A DNA stretch of 64,000 nt from Octopus vulgaris (GCA_951406725.2 OX597830.1:43400001-43464000); one strand, 5' to 3'; numbered from the stretch's first letter, positions 26,009 through 39,754 are shown. Program-made: numbers and translations. Notes: generated by a model not told the origin, from the letters alone.

Positions 26009-26093
26009 TGTATATCGCTGTATATACTCCTGTACCTTGTATTTACTCCTGTACCTTGCTGTATTTACTCCTGTATCTTGTTGTATTTAGTGA

Positions 26094-26420
26094 AGGCGCG
26101 TGGTTAAATGGTTAGAGTATTTGGCTCACGATCGTAAGCTCATGTGTTCGATTCCAAGTGGCACATTGTGTCCGTGAGCAAAACACTTTATTTCACGTTG
26201 CTCCGTTCCACTCAGCTGGCAAAAATTAGTTGTATCAGTGATTCAAACGGGGACCAGCTTTGTCACATTCTGTATCACACTGAATCTCTTTGAGAACTAC
26301 GGTAAGGGTACTCGAGTCTGTGGAGTACTCAGCCATTTGCACGTTAATTTCACGAGCAAGCTGTTCCATTGATCGGATCAACTGCAACCCTCGTTGTCAT
26401 AACCGATGGAGCGCCAGGTT
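26094..26420 (+). mobile_element. SINE family C
   Basis: GGCGCGTGGTTAAATGGTTAG head, GTTCGATTCC B-box, same core and tail as 24176-24495. Confidence 0.85.
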
Positions 26421-27627
26421 TTGGGGGATTTCTTTTTTACAGTTGTATCAAGTGCAGGTCAGGGCAAGAGTTTAGCGCAAGGCTACATGTTGCCCATGCA
26501 TGCAAATCTCTTATATTTTTCAAGGGAATCACAACTCTACAAAGCTTGGTGCTAGTACCCCCCACAGCAATTGTTGTCGTCATATCGCAGAGAGCCAAAA
26601 CAGATAATCCAAAACAATCCTGTTTGACCCTCTAACACAGTCATGGGAAAACTGCAGCCCGCGGGACTGTCTGAATGGCACACCTGACGAAAAATTACTT
26701 TTAGTTTTCTTAGTAGTGCCTAATAACAGAATCATGTTCCATGCGTCCCGCTTCTCGAAAAAGGTCCGCTAAGTTCCGCTAGTACATCGCTATGGATTGG
26801 TACATTTTTTTTATCGACCCCGAAAGGATAAAGGGTAAAGGTGGCCTCGGAAGGATTTTGAACTCAGAACGCTGAGTTTTCAGAGCGAATGCCGCAATGC
26901 ATCGTATCGGACGCTCTAACGATTGTTCCAAACCATGTCTTAACTACCTTTACACTTTCACTCTCTCCTCAACTTCACCCTCGCCCGCTCCTTTGAAGTT
27001 GCAGACTTGACATGTGGCTTGAATCTATGCAAGTAAACAGATTGAATGCTCTTTACTACAGCATCACACCTGGTAGCTATGACGTAGACTCTTCATAAAT
27101 AGAACATAATACAAGCAAACACCGTAGTACTAAAAGTGCTGTCAAGATTAAAACTGCGTAAAATCTTGACAGCGTGTCCAGATCGTCTGCAACAGCTTGG
27201 CGCTAATATTAGCAACCAGATTTGCTGATGGATATTTTTAGATTTCTCTTGCTCCCTCTCACTCCGTCCTTCGTGTTTCTCATTTCTTTCTTACACATAC
27301 ATAAATATAATATATGATACAATATAATATAATATCATGTAATATGATACAATATATTTATACTGTATATATACACATACATACATGCATACATGCAGGC
27401 ATACATTACATACATACTTACGTACACACATATATTCATAGCTACATACACATATACTTATATATCGTGCATATGTGTGTATATATCCATATATATATAT
27501 ATGTGTGTGTGTGTGTGTATGTGTTTGTATGAGTGTGTGCGTGTGTCTATGTATATATATATATATATCGGATAATTTATACAAACAGGAGAAAGAGTGC
27601 GTATTTATAATGAAGCTTCTCGTCTAC

Positions 27628-27687
<60 letters not shown>

Positions 27688-27789
27688 CTTTTCTTTATGG
27701 GACGCAAGGGCCGCTCTCAAAATAAAAGACGTTACGAGACAAAGGACGGTGAGGACTGCGTTTAAACAGTAAAAGAACAATAACTACAA

Positions 27790-29972
27790 TAAAAAAAAAT
27801 TCAAACAATAAAATTCTCCCAAGAGTGAAAGCTCCACCCAGAGCCAACAAAAGAACCCCACACATCCTAGGCCCTCTCTCCCGACAGCCAAGGGCGCCTT
27901 AGACAAGCACCTCTCTCCTTTCTATTCCCTCCAGCCTACAGGTACAAGCACAGTGTAGGCCGTCCTCGTCACATTCACCTGAAAAAGTCGATGATGGCTT
28001 GACCAATGAAGAAAATATTTGTCTTCAGTCCTTTCAACCTCGTCCACTACACTACCTCTTTCACTATGAGCATCAGGCAGAGGAAAACTGCCTTCCCTTC
28101 CTGGCCAAAAGAAGGCAGCGGGGTGATCCTCACGTTGAACTCGGCTAGTAACCGGATCCAACCTACACGCAACAACAGCTGTCCAACAAAGCTTCTCAAG
28201 TCAGTAATGCCTGGACACTGGACGAGTGCATGCAGAACGGTTTCATCGCTCGGCACACAACTCGGACAGGTCCGTCAGCACTTCCGTGCCTGTTGGGCTT
28301 GTCTCGAACTGGCAGCGCTCTCCTCTAACATTGCCAGGCCAGGGATTTTTGGTAATTATCCATAGACTCCGGTCTGAAAATCCTCTGTACAGATCAGCTG
28401 ATTTCTACCGACGCCCAGAGATTTCCCGAGGGCGTCGTTGCTCTTGATTGCTACTAATCACCCTTTCTCGGTCTACGTTTAATCCAGGACAGCCGCTCCT
28501 TCAATAAGAGGAGCTACAGAAAGTCACGGGCAAATGGCGACGACAATTGCTCACTGTTAAGGAAACGCTGGAGGTGTCGTAGCCTCAGCTCATGACTGCG
28601 CATTCATTATCCAGAACATGCCCAGTCCTCCACCCAGCTGCTGCTGACAACAAATGGATCGTCTGACAAACGGAACCAGTCCCGTCCACAGAAAGCAGAC
28701 GAATAAGTATCTCTTCAATGGAACCTAAATAAATCGATGAGGAAAGTGTCTGTCTTCAGAATAATTTGCCTCGTCCACCACATCACCTCTTTCGCTATAA
28801 TCACTGGGCAGAGGAAAACTGTTTTCCCTTTCCGGGGGGAGAAAGCGGTAGGATGATCTTCACAATGGAATTAGCTGATAGCTGGTTCCGTCCCAGTTGT
28901 TCGCTGTGACTCCAAAAATCAGCAATACTGGAGCACAGTACGAGCGTTGTTAGGACAGTTCCGTCGCTCTAGTTGCATCTCGATCAGGTCTGGTTAACGG
29001 CACTACCAAACCTGTAGAGTTTATCTCAAACCGGCAATACCCTTCGGTATCACTACCAAGCCAGAAATTTCTGGAAATTATCCATAAATCCTGGATCGAA
29101 AGTCCTCTGCACCAGACAGGCCAGTTGTTTCTCGTCGAAGCCAGCACTCCATTACCTGAGGTCGTCACCTGACCCCACCACCTGAGGTCATCGTCACTGT
29201 TGCTCACCCATAATTCCCTATAGAACGCCATGGTAGAACTTCCAGCGACCGCAATGCCCGACTGACAGAGGCTATGGACACCTGGCGACACTCTAGGTGC
29301 CAGACACTATGCCTCGGTTTATACTTGGTGTAGTACTGCAGCTCTGTCAAAGAAACGAGTTGCAGAGAGGTGGGTCTAACAAACAGCTACCACGCCTGTT
29401 CACTGTCGAGGAAGCGCAAGAAATGTCGCAGCCTCAGCGCATGCCTGAGCATCATTAGCCACGACATGCCCTGTCTAAAGTACTTTTATTGATCATCACC
29501 ATCATTTTAATGTCCACTTTACCATGTAGATGCTGAGAGCAAGTAGACCCCCTGACTAGTAGAACACGCTCCTTCCACAGAAAGTGGAAGAGCAAGCGTC
29601 TCTGGCTGGTCAGCCATTCGACAGTTAAGCGGTCGTAGATGATGGATGCAGAGTAGGCATAAGCTACTTCTACTCGCCCGCAGCAGAGATAACTTCCTCT
29701 CAGCTCATCTTTGGGTGAGATCGGCAACCCTGCCCGCCACCTCGCTCCAGTTCATGCTAACTCAGACGACTGGACCAAGACAAAATTCGAGCAATTTAAC
29801 TGGTACGTCCGTCCAGTGCCCCACGACTCTGTCGGATAGCATGGACCTGTTTTCCTCGGATGCGGAGCTCTACCGACTTCTCCTGGTCAGTTTTTGTTCC
29901 TGTCACCGCTTCGTAATCCCTCAGAGCGTTTGGTGCCTGTCACCATTACGGTGACGTCGTCTGCATATGCGT
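27790..29972 (-). mobile_element. decayed Tx1/L1-clade LINE, C-terminal region present twice in tandem
   Basis: AYADDVT RT motif at ~29970-29950; zinc-knuckle region DETVLHALVQCP at ~28250 and a second degenerate copy at ~28960; many stops and frameshifts. Confidence 0.8.
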
Positions 29973-30089
29973 GGCAGCTTGGGTAAGTTTCTTCAACTAT
30001 AGCCTCGGACCCGACCAAAGCCTTGTGAGTGGATATTGTAGGTGGAAACTGAAAGAAGCCTATCGTGTGTGTGTGTGAGTGTGTGTGTG

Positions 30090-30198
<109 letters not shown>

Positions 30199-30417
30199 CC
30201 TAGCGTTTCGGCAAGAGACAAAATATATGTACCAGAAAATAGCCTTTTTCCAGTGACTGGGAAAGGATTATGTAATATTGTTGTGTACAAATTATTTAAA
30301 TGTTTTTGTCTTCGTTACAGACACTATCATGGCTTTAGATAAAAACTTAATTCTTAAAGTGTTCTTTGGGAAACGAGATCGGGTTGTTTTGAAACACGCA
30401 CATATACACACAGTCAT

Positions 30418-30468
<51 letters not shown>

Positions 30469-30944
30469 TCTGTGAGGCTTCATTAATATTCCACGTCACG
30501 TCACTGAACGCAAATGCCAGTGAATATTTACTGGCAGAGTTGTGCATAGATGCTAGTTTTAATTAGGATATATGTTCAGTCTTTTATGATGTTTATTACA
30601 ATTTCAGTTAAATCTAGAATACATCATAGGAATGTAAACTGACTCCAGTACTCGGCTGGTACTTTATTTCATCGACCCCAGAAGACCGAAAGTCAAAGTT
30701 AACCCCAGTATGATTAGGGGTCAGAAAGAAATAGTGAAATACCAAGATACAAGATAATTTGTTTGATGCTCTACCGCCTATTCAATCAGTTTAAATGTTT
30801 CTCCAAATCATAAGGAAATGGCAATTTGATATTGAAACAGCCAACGACGGACGAAATGCTTAGCAGCATTTCGTCCGTCTTTACGTTTCCAGGTTCAAAT
30901 TGCCTTTCATCCTTTCGGAGTCATGAAAATTACCAGTTGAACTC

Positions 30945-31105
30945 TCCCCTGAACTTTTTGGCCCTCCCCCGAACTTGCTGGCCCTCCCCCGATCTTGCTG
31001 GCCCTCCCCCGAACTTGCTGGCCCTCCCCCGATCTTGCTGGCCGTCCCACGGACTTGCTGGCCCTCCCCCGATCTTGCTGGCCCTCCCCCGGACTTGCTG
31101 GCCCT
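30945..31105. repeat. 20-bp GC-rich minisatellite inside a SINE A
   Basis: About 8 copies of CTTGCTGGCCCTCCCCCGA(A/T). Confidence 0.9.
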
Positions 31106-31245
31106 ACTCAAATTCCGCCGAGGTCGACTTTGGCTTCCATCCTTTCGGGGTCGATAAAATGACTACCAGCTGAACACTGAAGTTGATATAATCGATTTAC
31201 CTCCTCCTTCGAAATTGCTCACCTTGTACCGAAATTTGAGACCAC

Positions 31246-31281
<36 letters not shown>

Positions 31282-32649
31282 AAATATAGTAACTCGTCTT
31301 ATATTATAAAAATAAAGTAACTCGTCTTTTTTTTAAAGCTGGCGTTATGACAAACTTAAGCCATGTTGCTTATACACTATTCAATAGCATAAATTGAGCA
31401 AATGAGAGAGGCTTCCAACCAGGAGTTAAGCTGTGTGGTCCACAGTTCTCGCCACTAAAGACGTGGAGCATTGGTTTGTAATCAATGATTGTAATGGTGG
31501 TTGTATGATTAAGAACTTCACTTTGCACGCAGTTGAAGACATTTACCCGTGATGCTTCTCTGTGATACCGTGGATAAGAGCCTTTTGCTGTAGGCTTGGG
31601 TTAACCTTTGCTTTGGGAGTGGAATTTCGCCAACGGAAACTATACGGAAGCATATCGTATAATGTGTGTATGTGTGTCGTCTAAAAAAAAGATAGAGAAA
31701 CCTTGTATTAACTTTCGTTGTAAGAACCACAGTGCAACAGTGATTGGTCTGCTGGAAACCTAAAAACCAACGACGCTAATATTTACAAAGTGTTATATAA
31801 AAAATAAATAAATAAATTTTAGCAAATGGCCACCTCTCTGAAGGGGGTGGGTGCCGAGCGAATCTACATCAGTGTATAACTTGTTCTACTTAAATTATCG
31901 AACTCAAAAGAATAAAAAGCAATATTTTCATAAGAACGTAAGGGGCGGCGTAAACAAATATTGATTCATCGCATTGGCTCAAAGCCACACATTTAGGAGG
32001 CGGAAGAGAACAGTCTGTCATATCAGTAGTTAATAATTAACTAATGCTTATTTTATCGACCCCTGGAGGAATGAAAGGCAAAGTATATCAGGAAAATATA
32101 TGTTGAACCATCGCCGACTTATGTTTGCTGTTTATTATATCGTTTAATAAAATTCACGAAAGCACTTTTTATTCGAAACGTTTCTTAGTTAAGCTGCATG
32201 AAAGTGTAACGATTTATGCGGTATTTCGTAGAGAAGACAAGTAGTTCTTGAGTCGGAAAGTCACCAAAATTGTAACGATTTGTGTGTAGTAAATAAATGA
32301 AGAGGAAGAAAAATATTAGTTGATGTGGCTTTTTTATTCTATCGTTACAATGTAAGGTACAACTTCGAGTTGTTATCACGCACAGATTATTTGCCCATTC
32401 TGCCATTCATTCTGTAGGTAGTTAAGTTCATTTTTTTTCCTTTTTGACTGCTAGGAGAACGGATGGAAAATGCGAGAGAGAAAGAGTGAAATAATCTACC
32501 TGTCTGTGCTAGCCAACAGAAAGGATGAAAGTTGTGTAGTCGCGCGAAAAGAAGCCATACGTGCATTGAGAAACAGACAGATGTGCCTTTCTGACAAGGG
32601 GCTAAGTGAAATCGGTAGAATGGATTTTGGGTTCCGTATTCATATTGTA

Positions 32650-32960
32650 GTGACGCTGTCCGACAGCGCGCGCGCAGCGCCCTCTCGCGCATACGCGAAG
32701 TCCGGAAGAGGGAATTTTGCTGACGTGGCAGTTAGCCGAGGCAAGGGAGCGTGAACCTTAAAAGGGTCCGGAGAGACATAGCAGCAGTGGGCTGACTTGA
32801 GACACGGCGACCGAAGGCACCAAACGTGTAATTTTCTCTCTCCGGACTTGATATAGCAGCAGTCAGGCTTTTCATAGAAGAAGACGCGTATTATCTTCGT
32901 TTCCCCCTGACATTTGTTGCAGACCACATCATCTCCCTCCGGACGCCATTTTGACCACAG
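32650..32960. promoter_or_regulatory. CpG-rich promoter-like island
   Basis: High CpG content; GCGCATACGC (NRF1-like), CCGGAAG (ETS, 32702-32708), TGACGTGG (CRE/UPRE-like, 32721-32728), CGCCATTTTG (YY1, 32944-32953); lies in a ~2-kb stretch free of SINEs and microsatellites. Confidence 0.6.
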
Positions 32961-34005
32961 TTCTGTTTTAGCGGCTGAACACTGTAAAATCTACAAGCAT
33001 TAAAGTTCAGCCTTGCACGCCCAGAACCAAGGGATACCAGATATACCACTTATTTCTTACCGTTATAAGACAATAAAGTATATATATTTTTACGTCTGCG
33101 TTTTGTGTTTCTTTGACTGGTAGAATCTGGATATTAAAGCAACGGTAATTTGTATGCACCAACTGCACCTTAAAAGTGCAGTGAAGCTATATTAGTTCCC
33201 GTTACAATATTTTTTCTAAGTTAGGTCAGTCTGAACAAAGGATCTTCCGTTTTCTATCAACCTTGATCTAAGTTTCACTCGAAAGGTTACAGGTTAACAA
33301 TTGACACTCGTAAATTTCCTAGTGCAAAAGCTGAGAATAACAGGAAAAGACTCGGAGAAAAATCTAGGCTTAGATTTCGAATCTTGGCTCAGATTCTAGG
33401 AAGCTGTTCGTTACAAAAGTTTGATTGTTGCACAGTAGCTTTGAATTTGAAACATTTTTGACCAAAACATCTAAAGTTCCGTTCAGTAAGTTGAGGAAAA
33501 TGAGAAGAAAGTTACAAAGCATTTACTTCGACGGCACATTCGATAATAACGTTTGCGCAAATTCACAAATTGGGAAAAAGAAGTAGAGAGAAGCCAAGTA
33601 AAGGGATCCTCAATCGACTTTTGTTTTGATTCCGGAAGAGTGAAAAACGCACAATCGGGATCTGAGTTCCGAATGGAGAAACGACGAAACTAAGCATCGT
33701 TGCAGCGTGCAGTTGCATTTCTTTTTAATCCGAGTTCAGGGCATTTTGTAAAACATGCCGCGGTTGAAATATTGAAAGCTATAAAAGCCATCAACGTATC
33801 TTACTTAATTAAATACATCGTTGAAAGGCAAATTTACTGCAGCGTTCGTCCGAAGACAACACCTTTAATCTAACGCTGCTTCTATTATATATAATGGATT
33901 TTTATTCACAGGATGGCTATTTGCGATACCTGTGAATGTTTTGTTTTATTGTTTATATATCAGAAGTGACAAATCTCGTCTAAGCATTTGGTTGATTGTG
34001 ATTAT

Positions 34006-34048
34006 ATGCCATTGACGAGGCCTAACGAGGTCGAAATGCCACTGGCAT
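34006..34048 (+). ncRNA. degenerate type I hammerhead ribozyme motif
   Basis: ATGCCA|TTGACGA|GGCCT-AACG-AGGTC|GAAA|TGCC|AC|TGGCAT: stems I and II intact, C3 and U16.1 substituted. Confidence 0.45.
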
Positions 34049-34100
34049 TCTCACGCGCAGCTACTGAGGATTTTTGTGTTTCGTCTTTCTTATGTGTATG

Positions 34101-34137
<37 letters not shown>

Positions 34138-34625
34138 GTGTGTGTGTGTGTGTGTAGTTTTTAAAACAGGCACGTCCATAAAGGACTTCATTTCTGGATA
34201 AATATCACAGTAAATAAACGTTTTCGACGATGTATTTCCAACGATACCTCTTAAAGTTTTATACTTTTTCTAAAGCAGCGAGTTAGCAGAATAGATAGCA
34301 CGCCGGATAAAATGCTTAGTGGCATTTCTTCCGGCTTTACTTTCTGAGTTCAATTTTCGCTGAGATCGACTTTGCCTTTCATTCAATCTTTCAGAGTCGA
34401 TCAAACAAGTTCTAGCTAAGAACGGGTGTTCAATGTAATCTCTCCACCCCGACACACCAAATTTCAGGTCTTCTGTCGTTAGTATAAAGAATTTTATCCC
34501 GCTTCTACTACATGTATTGGATTGAAAGATATATTCAAATTAATTCGGTAGCCTTACTTGGAAAGTTAATTGCTGTAAGCACAGAGAGAGAGGAGGCGAG
34601 AAGGAGAGTAGAAGGAGAGTGGGAC

Positions 34626-34657
<32 letters not shown>

Positions 34658-35220
34658 AATATAAGAGAGATGTTTCAGTGAAGCAACAAGCTGTATGACA
34701 TAGTAAATTGATATACAAGTTTATCAAGGATTAGATTTCATATACGTTCATAAACAATAAACGAACGTGATTTAAATGATAATATATTTCGTAACATAAA
34801 AAGAAGCAGACATTGTATCTTCTTCTTCTTCTTCTTCTTCTTCTTCTTCTTCTTCTTCTTCTTCTTCTTCTTCTCCTCCTCCTCCTCCTCCTTCTATGGA
34901 ATTGTTTTAAACTAGCATAAAAAGACAACCAAAGATATATGTATCGTAAGTGTGACCAATACAGAACAAATATTGCGTGGAATTTTGTGCGAAATTTTTT
35001 CGGGTTTTTCTCGCCGCCGACTTGAACCTTCTGCGCCAGTGTTCGTATAAACAAATTCTTGGCTACTTCTATAAATACTACACCTTCACTGTGACATAAT
35101 CTTTGTTTCTGAGAATGTATAAGATTTTTGCAAGGACAGTCGTCCTGTTTTTGTCTTTTATGTTGTTGCATGTCTTTTAATGTTTTTTTATGCGAGCCCT
35201 TGTGCCTAATAAAAGAATAA

Positions 35221-35314
<94 letters not shown>

Positions 35315-35315
<1 letters not shown>

Positions 35316-35850
35316 TGAGTGAGAGAGCAGCGCATGCCATCAAAGAGACACTTGGATACAAATATATGAAGCCGAGTATACCCAACATGACTACCCGTCT
35401 CATAAGGGCACACCAGCCATATGCATCACAACCACATGTGCGCAACGTGGTAGTTTCATATCAAGATAAACAGCCCATGACCTTGCAGGTGAGGTGTAGT
35501 CACAATTCTATTCAAGTTGAGCAGGTTATCTGCTCAAAAGGTCCTTGAATAAGGGTTGTTTAAGGATGTAGAACGAAACACCCAGGCTTCCAAGGATGAA
35601 GTATTCAAACCCCCAAAGAGACCCTCTCGACATGATGCTCTCCTACTACTCCTGCTCATGATCAGAGATGCACATACCGTCAGCCACCAAGGGACATGCT
35701 CAAATGGTTAAGGTCAAGCAATTAACAAGCAAATCCGTAGTGTTGAGCAGAATTTTTTCTGTAGCCCAAGACAAAACATGTACATGATATCACTTTCAGT
35801 CAGTTACGATCAGATGCCATGAGAGCCACTGCCTAGTACTGCATCGGGGC
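35315..35850 (-). mobile_element. copy of the (TAA)n-associated element
   Basis: Reverse complement of 7290-7834, directly after a (TTA)n array. Confidence 0.7.
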
Positions 35851-36237
35851 ATTTCCATTCGAAAGCTATTTGTTAATCCAAAGCCATTAGAGAAGGTATT
35901 TACTCAATGCTGTGCAATAGCACCGAACCCGGAACCACGGGTTTGTAAAAGTTGTGCCTGTAGAAGTGTAACAAGACTGGGGGTAGGTGGTGCGTTTGCA
36001 GTTCCTGATTGGGTGCTGGTGTGAAAAGATGCGGAATTTCTTCTGGGCGGTTATGCCTGCTAATAAAGTTATGTATGTGCCCACCAAATGTGTGTGTGTG
36101 ACTCCATTTCATGATAGGTTCCCTTACTACACCACTGCGAAACTTGTGCTGAAAACTCTTCGTTTGGTTCTATACCAAGTTCTTTTTTAAGAAGAAGGAG
36201 TATGGACGATATAATGGATTCGATATTAAACTATCAA

Positions 36238-36636
36238 AGGCGGCGAGCTGGCAGAAACGTTAGCGCGCCGGGCGAAATATGTAGCTGTATTTCGTCTGCC
36301 GTTACGTTATGAGTTCAAACTCCGCCGAGATCAACTTTGCCTTTCATCCTTTTGGGGTCGATAAATTAAGTACCAGTTACGCACTGGGGTCGATGTAATC
36401 AACTTAATCCGTTTGTCTGTCCTTGTTTGTCCTCTCTGTGTTTGGCCCCTTGTGGGTAGTAAAGAAATAGGTATTTCGTCTGTCTTTATGTTCTGAGTTC
36501 AAATTCTGCCCAGGTCGACTTTGCCTTTCATCTTTTTGGGGTCGATAAATTAAGTACCAGTTGCATACTGGGAGTCAATCTAATCGACTGGACCCTCCCC
36601 AAAAATTTCGGGCTTTGTGCCTAGAGTAGAAAAGAA
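36238..36636 (+). mobile_element. SINE family A dimer with TSD
   Basis: ATATTAAA(C/A)TATCA on both sides of two fused cores. Confidence 0.85.
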
Positions 36637-37583
36637 TATTAAAATATCATGAAAGTTAAGTTGCAAAATAAAGAATAGGTCATTGTGGATGGGTCCATTT
36701 TGGGTTGTTGGTGGGGAGTAGGAAGGATGATAAGCGAATTCTACTCTCGAAAGATTTGAAATTGAATCTACAACACACGTTTGATACCCGCTTATACTGT
36801 CATAAAATTCTTTTCCGAGCGAAGGAACTCAATTATCAGCAAAGCACTATTCATTGGTCATTCGTGTTTACGTAAATCAAAAACAATCTTCAGATCTTCA
36901 AATGCATTTCTTAAATTCTGTGACAGTGGTAAACATATTAACAGACAGCTGTATTGTCGTTTCTTTAGTAGTTAGTGTCCTTTATGAGGAGTTTAGAGAT
37001 TATTTATCTGCTTCTGATGGCACGGTGCTTTCTGAAGTCGGTCACTTCCAACAAAAAAACCGTTTGTTCAATTTTTCTTTCTGGCAGAAGAAATTTTTTT
37101 TAAGCGTAATAGCAATGACATCTACAAGAAGTGAAGGAAATTTGCACATATTTCGGAGTCCTCATATTTTCTCAAACAAAGCATATATTATATAAACAGA
37201 TATTCTGTTATATAAATTCGTTAATACATACATAAACATACATACATACATACATACATACATAAACATACATACATACATACATACATAAGTACGTACG
37301 TATGTGTGTGTGTTTAAAATTATGACCTTATATCTATATATAATTTCTAATTTAGGCACAAGGCTAGAAATTGCATGATGGGATCGTCAACTATATCTAC
37401 ACCAGTAGTTGACTGCTTGTATGGTACTTCATTTTATCGGCCCCAGAAGGATGAAAGGCAAAGTTGACTCCGGCATGAACTGAACTCAGAGCGTAAGGCA
37501 AGGTAAGAAACGCCGCAGGATCTTTTGTCCGATGCTCTAACGATTCTGCCAATCGATACAAATGAAATATTACAAAATAGGAA

Positions 37584-37645
<62 letters not shown>

Positions 37646-37669
37646 AACAAACAAACACGCGCGTGCACA

Positions 37670-38400
37670 CAGGGCTTGGACAAAATAACAGAAACACTTT
37701 GTCCAATGGAAACTTTATTATTTAATGCAAAGGCTGCACCCCCCCCCCCCCGCCTTTCACATCAATCACAGCTTTAATATGTCTTTAATATATTTTTCCA
37801 GTTTTATAATGTGTTCGTCCAAAAATATCCTTGAGTAGGAAAAAGACTACCTCATGGATAGAGTCTACGTAAAGTTATTTGGAGACTTGTTCGAAGGCTT
37901 TTGTTAATATCCTACCTTTTACTGAATCTACGCAATCGAAGTTCCTTTCCTACCTTATCTGCATTGAAATGATCATTAAACTTTTTAAGTCTTCCATGAC
38001 GACAACTGTTTGGCATTTAAAGACCCACGATTATATAACTGCTTCTCAAAAGGTTTACTAACCGAAAACGTGACTAAAATATTTCATGGGACTTAAAAAG
38101 CGCATCTGGATCACTTTATCTCTTGCATTCTAGATCAGCCACTTGCAAAAGGCTACCACAAAAGCAGAGCAGATTTCACAAATTCTCTGATCCACCATAT
38201 ACAGAAAAACCACTGCACTTATATAAAAATTACACAAACACACAAAAGGCATTCAACTCCAAAGTCCATATCCCATCATGGCCTAAACTGTGACAGCTGA
38301 AACAAACTATAGACTCATACAAAAGATTTCTTTGGAACTACCTTCGACTAGCAACCAGATATTTGGTCATCTGTGATATTTTCCCTTTAAACTAACAATT
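37670..38400 (+). mobile_element. decayed Tc1-like element remnant
   Basis: TIR-like CAGGGCTTGGACAAAATAACAGAAACAC; WSSVIFS (W..VIFSDE-like) at ~38365. Confidence 0.4.
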
Positions 38401-39372
38401 TCTTACATTGGTCACAGGCCACTCTGAAATTTGTCGAGAAGTGGCATTTATTTCATTTGAAGAATTCAATGCATTAAGAGGTGTTGTAACCAGGGGTCCT
38501 TGAGAGAAATTTTGCTACAAGACGAAACAGGACTGCTTTTATGTCTTGGAAGCGAGAAATTGACTTAAAATTCAAGGAAGCTGTGAGGCTATGGTTTCTT
38601 TTTTCTAGAGTGGACATCGGCAGATAGTCATGGACCTCCACTTGATACTGCAGGCCTCACAGATCAATCTCCTTATTGAACGTCTCTCTTTTAGGCCTTA
38701 ATTGTAGCTAAATACTGACTGGCATGATGTCAAACATTACCATTTCTTCCGTTCCACCCTACACCATCTTTCGTCTGATGATAAGCCCAGTAACCTACGG
38801 TGACCGCTACAGACTGAAAAGATTTTAAGTCTCTATCACTTTAAATGAATAAGGTATAAGCGATGAAGAAAACAGAGGTCAAAGAAGACGACGGTAACGA
38901 GAAATAAAACAAAGAACAAAGTTAGAAAAGAGGGATATGTATGAGTGAAAGAGGCGTATTACAAAATAAATCGCATTTAGTTTATATCCTGATATTGTAT
39001 AATTTGAAAAATACCAGGTGCCTTGATATATAATATCGTTAGCTGCTCTCGTATTTTCAGCACAGAGTAACTGGCGTGGATAGATAAAAAGGTTGGAGAG
39101 AGTAGGAGGCAGTGTAATGTCTAACAGCAGGTAAACAATTGATAAAAGTCAGTGTACACTGCTGTAAATAAGAGATAAACACTGGAATAATTGATGGTTA
39201 ACGAAATGTCTTTATCTTTTTTATTTTATATTTTTCATTATTGTATTTATTTATTTATTCAGTTATTTTTGTGGTTCTTAATTTCCTTAGATAACATCTT
39301 GTATTATATTGTTTTCCCCTTTTGAGCAACACTTAGATTAACGAATTCTGAACTCCGTAGGAAGTAGAAAAT

Positions 39373-39470
<98 letters not shown>

Positions 39471-39561
39471 GGGACTCCTTCATAGAGTAGATGCTGCATT
39501 TGTTGAGTACATAAACAGTTTGGCTGCTTATTTCTCTGGAGACTGCCAGAATGTTGTAGAC

Positions 39562-39604
39562 GCCTCTGATGAGGACCCAATAAGGTTTGAAAATCGATTA
39601 AGGT
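39562..39604 (+). ncRNA. minimal type I hammerhead ribozyme
   Basis: GCCT|CTGATGA|GGACC-CAATAA-GGTTT|GAA|A-ATCGAT-T|A|AGGT: intact core, stems I and II, palindromic stem III, UA cleavage site after 39600. Confidence 0.75.
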
Positions 39605-39671
39605 TGTTCATAATTTTTTCAGTCTCCTGAGAAATAGCTAAAATTTGCCCTGTTTATAATTATACCATATG

Positions 39672-39754
<83 letters not shown>

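Noticed and set aside
32470-32927. 94-95 aa ORFs overlapping the CpG island
   Set aside because: No recognisable motifs or splice context; expected by chance in GC-rich sequence
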